Positions 33,085 to 37,369 of a stretch of 37,369 nt of DNA are shown piece after piece (within the stretch, counting starts at the first letter, position 1; each line of letters begins with the position of its first letter). The notes under the pieces are model-generated. The model had not been told where the DNA came from. It was given only the letters and a program-made list of their open reading frames with translations, and searched no databases. The stretch comes from Silvanigrellaceae bacterium (GTDB taxonomy: Bacteria > Bdellovibrionota_B > Oligoflexia > Silvanigrellales > Silvanigrellaceae). The position numbers and the translations under genes were made by a program. The stretch spans positions 1-37,369 of the forward strand of contig JBMSQQ010000027.1 of assembly GCA_049423385.1 (NCBI GenBank), given 5' to 3'.

Positions 33085-35037
33085 TCAGTAATACAGCCTG
33101 CCTGAAGAATTGATGTTCTCTTTCTTGTGTCCGGGTCCCTTCCACGAGAGTTTCAGGGTTTTCTTCTTTTCATCCTGAAAGTATTCCAGCCGGATTTTTG
33201 TGAATCCACGTTCAAGTTTGATGCTGGCAGATTTTTCCTTTGCCGTATGCACACCGTCGAGATTGATCAACGGCTCGTCGTTCAGATAGAGTTTGCTGCC
33301 ATCGTCCGATTTCAAGACGAATGTGTATTGCCCGGGCTGGTCGATTTTCACAAAACCCTCAAAAACGATCCCGAAATTCTTCTTGGCCGAGGCCATATTC
33401 AAATTCAGGTTCGCTGTGGTACCGCTGGACTTGGCCGCAAGAGAAGAAAAGTTTGGCAGCGATTTCCAATTGCCTTCAAAAAAGCTGTAACGGAGTCCTT
33501 TCTTGCTGGGTGGCGGTGGTTGTGGTCCAGGTGGAACCGAACCGTCCAGCTGGGCACGCGCGCCATCGACGTTGAGTTGGCGACTGCCCTCAATCTTGTC
33601 CTTCAAGTTGGCAAGGTATGCCGCACCGTTGAGGATTGAGTTTCGGATCTCGTGCATTGTTTTTCGTGGAAAAGAATCCCACAACACGGCCGCTGCACCT
33701 GCAACGTGGGGCGCAGCCATCGATGTTCCTGATAGAAGTTTGTAGGAATTGCCGGGAAAAGTGCTCAGAATCCCGCTTCCGGGAGCTGCAATATCGACCC
33801 CATCACCATAATTGGAAAAGCCGCTCAACAGGCCCGAGCCGGTTGTCGATGCCACGGAAATTACGTTGTCGAAGGTTTTTGAAAAATAGGCCGGGTACTC
33901 TGCCCTCGCAACAGAGCTGTTGCCAGCCGAAGCAACGAAAAGAGTCTGGGTCGTGTGTGCGAGCTGGATCGCGGTGGCCATCAACGCTGTGGTGGATGGT
34001 GATGCATAACTGTTGGAGAGAATCCGGGCGCCATTCGAAATGGCATAGACGACACCATCGTATGCAAGATTCCAGTCGCCCATTCCTGCATCATTGATAA
34101 TCTTTACAGGCATGATTTTTGCATTCCATGCCACACCTGTGATGCCAGTTCTGTTGTTTCCGCGCGCGCCCAGGATGCCTGCGCAGTGAGTTCCATGGCC
34201 GTTGATGTCGGTGACCAGGTTGTTGTTGTCAACATGGTTCCAGCCGTTGACGTCATCCACATAACCGTTGCCATCGTCGTCAATCCCGTTGCCAGGCAAT
34301 TCCCCGGGATTGGTCCAAAGTGATTCTCGCAAATCTTCATGGGTCAGTTCAACACCCGAATCGATGACAGCCACAACATGTTTGCCAGTTCCGGTGCCGT
34401 GATTCCATGCGAAAGGCATCTCAATGGTTTGCAGGTTCCACAATTCCGGCCAGCGGATGTCATTGGGAATGGATTTACGTTCCGTGGCAGCAATCACTTT
34501 GATTTTGCCATTGGGTTCCGAAAAAAGAACACCAGGCATGGAGTTGAGCTTGTTGAGAGTCTTGATCAGATCTTCAACGTTCTCTGCACCGACCTCCACC
34601 TTGACGACGTCAAAGAGTGGGTCGCTTTTTCCCAGCTTTTGATAAAGGCGTCGAAGATTCTTGATGTGATGTGGCGATGGCTTGAACTTCTTGACCGGGA
34701 CATCCCCAATCGCAACGACATCTTCGGCAACAATCTTGTCGGAGAATTTCCGCACGTCTCCGCTTTTCAATTTCAATGGTGCAAGGCTTTGCCAATCGTC
34801 GCGCACCAGCAAACTCAATTCAACCATCTGTGGTGCCTTGCTGTCGACAGGAAAGCTGTTGGCAAGCGCCTCAGCTGCGACCACATCCGTCAGTGTGGAC
34901 GCGTCGAGGTTCAGAATTTCTTCGGCAGACTCGGGATATGCAACGCTTTCCGGAAAAGACTCCACCAGCGGACTCTTCTTGATGCAGGAAGGAACGAGGA
35001 ACGCACTCATGACAAACGATGCGATGGCTCGATTCAC
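33085..35037 (-). CDS. S8 (subtilisin-family) serine protease lipoprotein with C-terminal PA14 domain
   Basis: GGAGG RBS; LVPSC lipobox; propeptide; IDSG, HGTHCAG, AGN and GTSMAAPHV; GNGIDDDGNGYVDD insert; PA14 motifs GLRYSFFEG, SDDGSKLY, DGVH and IRLEYFQ. Confidence 0.93.
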   Translation of the reverse strand: MNRAIASFVMSAFLVPSCIKKSPLVESFPESVAYPESAEEILNLDASTLTDVVAAEALANSFPVDSKAPQMVELSLLVRDDWQSLAPLKLKSGDVRKFSDKIVAEDVVAIGDVPVKKFKPSPHHIKNLRRLYQKLGKSDPLFDVVKVEVGAENVEDLIKTLNKLNSMPGVLFSEPNGKIKVIAATERKSIPNDIRWPELWNLQTIEMPFAWNHGTGTGKHVVAVIDSGVELTHEDLRESLWTNPGELPGNGIDDDGNGYVDDVNGWNHVDNNNLVTDINGHGTHCAGILGARGNNRTGITGVAWNAKIMPVKIINDAGMGDWNLAYDGVVYAISNGARILSNSYASPSTTALMATAIQLAHTTQTLFVASAGNSSVARAEYPAYFSKTFDNVISVASTTGSGLLSGFSNYGDGVDIAAPGSGILSTFPGNSYKLLSGTSMAAPHVAGAAAVLWDSFPRKTMHEIRNSILNGAAYLANLKDKIEGSRQLNVDGARAQLDGSVPPGPQPPPPSKKGLRYSFFEGNWKSLPNFSSLAAKSSGTTANLNLNMASAKKNFGIVFEGFVKIDQPGQYTFVLKSDDGSKLYLNDEPLINLDGVHTAKEKSASIKLERGFTKIRLEYFQDEKKKTLKLSWKGPGHKKENINSSGRLYY

Positions 35038-35301
35038 TTTTTCCTCCGAAAATTCCCGACGCCGCGGATGCCGCGATTCTTGTCTTTATTTTCGCAGAGT
35101 GGGGGGCTCGGGTCGAGTTCTGGCACTGGGTGTTCAGTTTGACGCACTCAAAAATGCCGGCGGTAAAAGCAGCTCGTTCAGCAGAGCTGCACTTTTCCGG
35201 GAAGTTCTTTCGAGTGGTCCAACTCTCCGTAATGAAATCATAAAACAGGGTTGATTTATTTTCGGACCAGAAAATGACGATACACCGATCGGAGGTGCAG
35301 C

Positions 35302-35649
35302 TTGGACAGAATCAAATTGGTCTCAACACTTCTTTTGGGTCTTTTCGTTTCTGCCTGTGGAGTCCGTTATTATCCTGTCCAGATCGATACGGCACAGCCT
35401 CCGAGTCAACCTGCGTCCTCCTGGAGTCAGGCAGACCCCAATTTCGACAGTCTTGGCAACAACATGTTTCGTGTTCCACCCGGAGCTTGTTCCATGGTTG
35501 CCAACATCCGGGACTTGCTGCCCATGGCACAGGGTTTTGGCTATTTTCAGTGTCGAGAGCTTGATTATGCGAGCGGCAGCTACTTCGTCGCAAAGATACA
35601 GTGTCGCAGGGATATCTGTATTTTGGTGACTCCCCGGACATTGGAATGA
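35302..35649 (+). CDS. Small hypothetical lipoprotein
   Basis: GGAGG RBS before TTG; lipobox VSAC; 4 further Cys. Confidence 0.65.
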   Translation: MDRIKLVSTLLLGLFVSACGVRYYPVQIDTAQPPSQPASSWSQADPNFDSLGNNMFRVPPGACSMVANIRDLLPMAQGFGYFQCRELDYASGSYFVAKIQCRRDICILVTPRTLE

Positions 35650-35661
35650 TCGTGCTGCGAC

Positions 35662-35689
35662 TCAAGACGCTGTCTGCGAAGACCGAATA
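35662..35689 (+). promoter_or_regulatory. Putative sigma-28-type promoter
   Basis: TCAA(G) (35662), 16 nt spacer, ACCGAATA (35682-35689), upstream of AGGAGG and ATG 35716. Confidence 0.4.
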
Positions 35690-35715
35690 ATTCGGGAAAG
35701 ATGTAGGAGGGGGCA

Positions 35716-36195
35716 ATGAAAAGGCTAGGTTTTTTTGAAATTCAAGTCTCTGTTGGATTGATTTTCTCGCTCACAATGCTGGGCTGTGCCCAATCCAATT
35801 CTGAATCTGTCGAGTCCAGTCAGACGACCACCTGCGTGAATGGAATCTGCACAACCACCTCGTCGGAAACCAGAACTTCAAAGAGTGGCATCGGTGGCAC
35901 GAATGTGAGTGTTTCACCAGGCGGCAATTCGAGCGTGGTTGTCACGGTGGGCGGAACTTCCTCCAGTTCGGGTGGAATCTCGCTCAGTCCATGCACGGTG
36001 CTCAACGCTCCACTTGGTGCCTGTGATGTTGATGGTGCTGACTATGTGCTGTCACCGAGGCATTTGGGCTGCACCTCGGCAGGCAATCATGCCTGGTCGT
36101 GCCAAGGCAGTTTTTCCGCAGCGCCTCCGTATGCCGTGGTGTCGTGCAGCACTGGATTCTCCGATTCCTGTGCCAAAATCGGCGTTATTTACTGA
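35716..36195 (+). CDS. Ser/Thr/Gly- and Cys-rich hypothetical lipoprotein
   Basis: AGGAGG RBS; lipobox MLGC; TTTCVNGICTT motif and six Cys in the C-terminal 70 aa. Confidence 0.75.
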   Translation: MKRLGFFEIQVSVGLIFSLTMLGCAQSNSESVESSQTTTCVNGICTTTSSETRTSKSGIGGTNVSVSPGGNSSVVVTVGGTSSSSGGISLSPCTVLNAPLGACDVDGADYVLSPRHLGCTSAGNHAWSCQGSFSAAPPYAVVSCSTGFSDSCAKIGVIY

Positions 36196-36332
36196 ACGAA
36201 ATATTTAGCCTCATTCAATAGCGATTGCTGGTTGGATTTTGAGCCGTCTGTTATTCCAAAGGTGGCTTTCCATGCTTTATTTTGAAGTCTTTTTTGCGGC
36301 TTTGTTTATTCCTGTGAGGTTCTTGAATTGGC

Positions 36333-36360
36333 TTGCAACATAATGTGAATTATCAAAACT
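36333..36360 (-). other. dif-like Xer recombination site (candidate)
   Basis: Minus strand AGTTTTGATAA-TTCACA-TTATGTTGCAA: 11-6-11 layout with the ATAA-N6-TTATGTT core of E. coli dif (GGTGCGCATAA-TGTATA-TTATGTTAAAT), in an AT-rich intergenic region. Confidence 0.5.
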
Positions 36361-36655
36361 GAAACCAAATGAGGAATAATGAGTAAAGTTAAAAGTGACT
36401 AATGTAATAGAAATAAATAACAATAAGTCTAAAGTAACAACGCTCACCTCTGTGTTTTAAAAAAATCCCGAAAAAACACGAAACGAAAGCATTTCCCCTC
36501 AGATCTTGTTCAAAGTTTTCCACAAAAAAACACAGGAAAACGAAAAAACAACTTTTTCACAACAGAAGTTTTGAACTGCGAAAAGCACGACACATTTCGG
36601 TACCTTTGCGATGCGCTGCAAGTGTGCAGCACATTACAAGAAAGGAACGAAATAT

Positions 36656-37306
36656 ATGAAAAACTTTACTATGCCTCGTGGATTTTGGGCTTTCGTTTTG
36701 GCTGCGCTTCCCGTGCTTTCGGCACAGGCCCAAACAGCACACTGGAAGGTGGAACGGGCTGTCGCCAATGGAACGGGATGCGTCATGGGCGGCGATACCG
36801 TTGTGATCGCAGCTGGTGATCAGATTCAATTTATTTTCTCGAACCTGGGCGTCGACCTTCCGGCAAACTCCGGACTGCCATTTGCGGCACGCAAGGCCTG
36901 CACCCTCGCAGTACCGGCGCAAATCGCCCGTGGATATTACGCCGCAAACCTGCAGCAAACGATTTATTACGGTGGTATCAAGAGTCCAGGAGCATCTGCG
37001 AGTATCGCAACGCAGGGAACCTTTTTTGGTTTGCCTGTGAATCCGCTGGTGGTGAGTCTCCCGTACGGGACGACCTTCAACAATCCGGCAGCTTTTCGCC
37101 AAACCACAAACGCATTCCTCGTTTCGGCCCCTGGACCAGCCATGTGGTGTTTGCCTGCCTTCAATCCTGAGGGATTGTACACGTCAAGGCTCGTTGTTCA
37201 AGGCAACAAGAACAGTGATACCCAGAACTTGTTGCTGAGTGCAGACCAATACGACATCAAATTTTATGCAACCATGGGCTGGTTGAGTTGTCCTGCAAGA
37301 AACTGA
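36656..37306 (+). CDS. DUF4360-family secreted protein
   Basis: AAAGGA RBS, ATG 36656; signal peptide ending AQA; ANGTGC...FS...RKAC motifs. Confidence 0.78.
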   Translation: MKNFTMPRGFWAFVLAALPVLSAQAQTAHWKVERAVANGTGCVMGGDTVVIAAGDQIQFIFSNLGVDLPANSGLPFAARKACTLAVPAQIARGYYAANLQQTIYYGGIKSPGASASIATQGTFFGLPVNPLVVSLPYGTTFNNPAAFRQTTNAFLVSAPGPAMWCLPAFNPEGLYTSRLVVQGNKNSDTQNLLLSADQYDIKFYATMGWLSCPARN

Positions 37307-37349
37307 AGAGTTTCGGTTCCTTGAAGGCGGGATTTCCGAACCGTTGATG

Positions 37350-37369
37350 AGGATGGACCCTGCCATCCT
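37350..37369 (+). terminator. Hairpin at the window end, possible terminator
   Basis: AGGATGG-ACCCTG-CCATCCT, a perfect 7-bp stem 44 nt after the stop. The downstream U-tract cannot be seen. Confidence 0.35.

Noticed and set aside
34339..35254. 267-aa and 190-aa + strand ORFs
   Set aside because: Antisense to the well-supported S8 protease, with no recognisable motifs.
36196..36655. oriC (AT-rich region with a TTTTCCACA DnaA-box-like match near 36516)
   Set aside because: Only one 8/9 match plus weaker ones, no box cluster and no dnaA/gidA context; a dif-like interpretation fits better.

Overview
Chromosomal bacterial segment. The taxon is an inference only: the EF-G type, many lipoproteins and DUF4360 suggest a Bdellovibrionota/Oligoflexia-like organism. 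The left + strand block holds the end of a stand-alone EF-G, a bacterioferritin-fold protein lacking its ferroxidase and haem ligands, an O-antigen-ligase-like protein, a CLC-F-like channel and a lipoprotein with widely separated trypsin motifs. A - strand block follows: GDT1/TMEM165 transporter, Xer-like tyrosine recombinase, FadL-like barrel, NlpC/P60-like hydrolase and an HTH/coiled-coil protein. The centre is a ~15 kb giant lipoprotein adhesin gene with 32 cadherin-like repeats, Ig-like domains and a terminal LamG domain interrupted by one in-frame TAG. It is divergent from an unusual outer-membrane protein built from two Cys-containing domains, an EAAAK helical spacer and a beta-barrel. 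The right side encodes a vWA lipoprotein, PafA-like phosphatase, class III adenylate cyclase, DUF2141, S8-PA14 protease, DUF4360 and small exported proteins. A dif-like 28-mer lies at 36333-36360, with four co-oriented GGGCAGGG motifs upstream. No rRNA, tRNA, CRISPR array or IS element was recognised. All family calls come from motif recognition by eye, not database searches.
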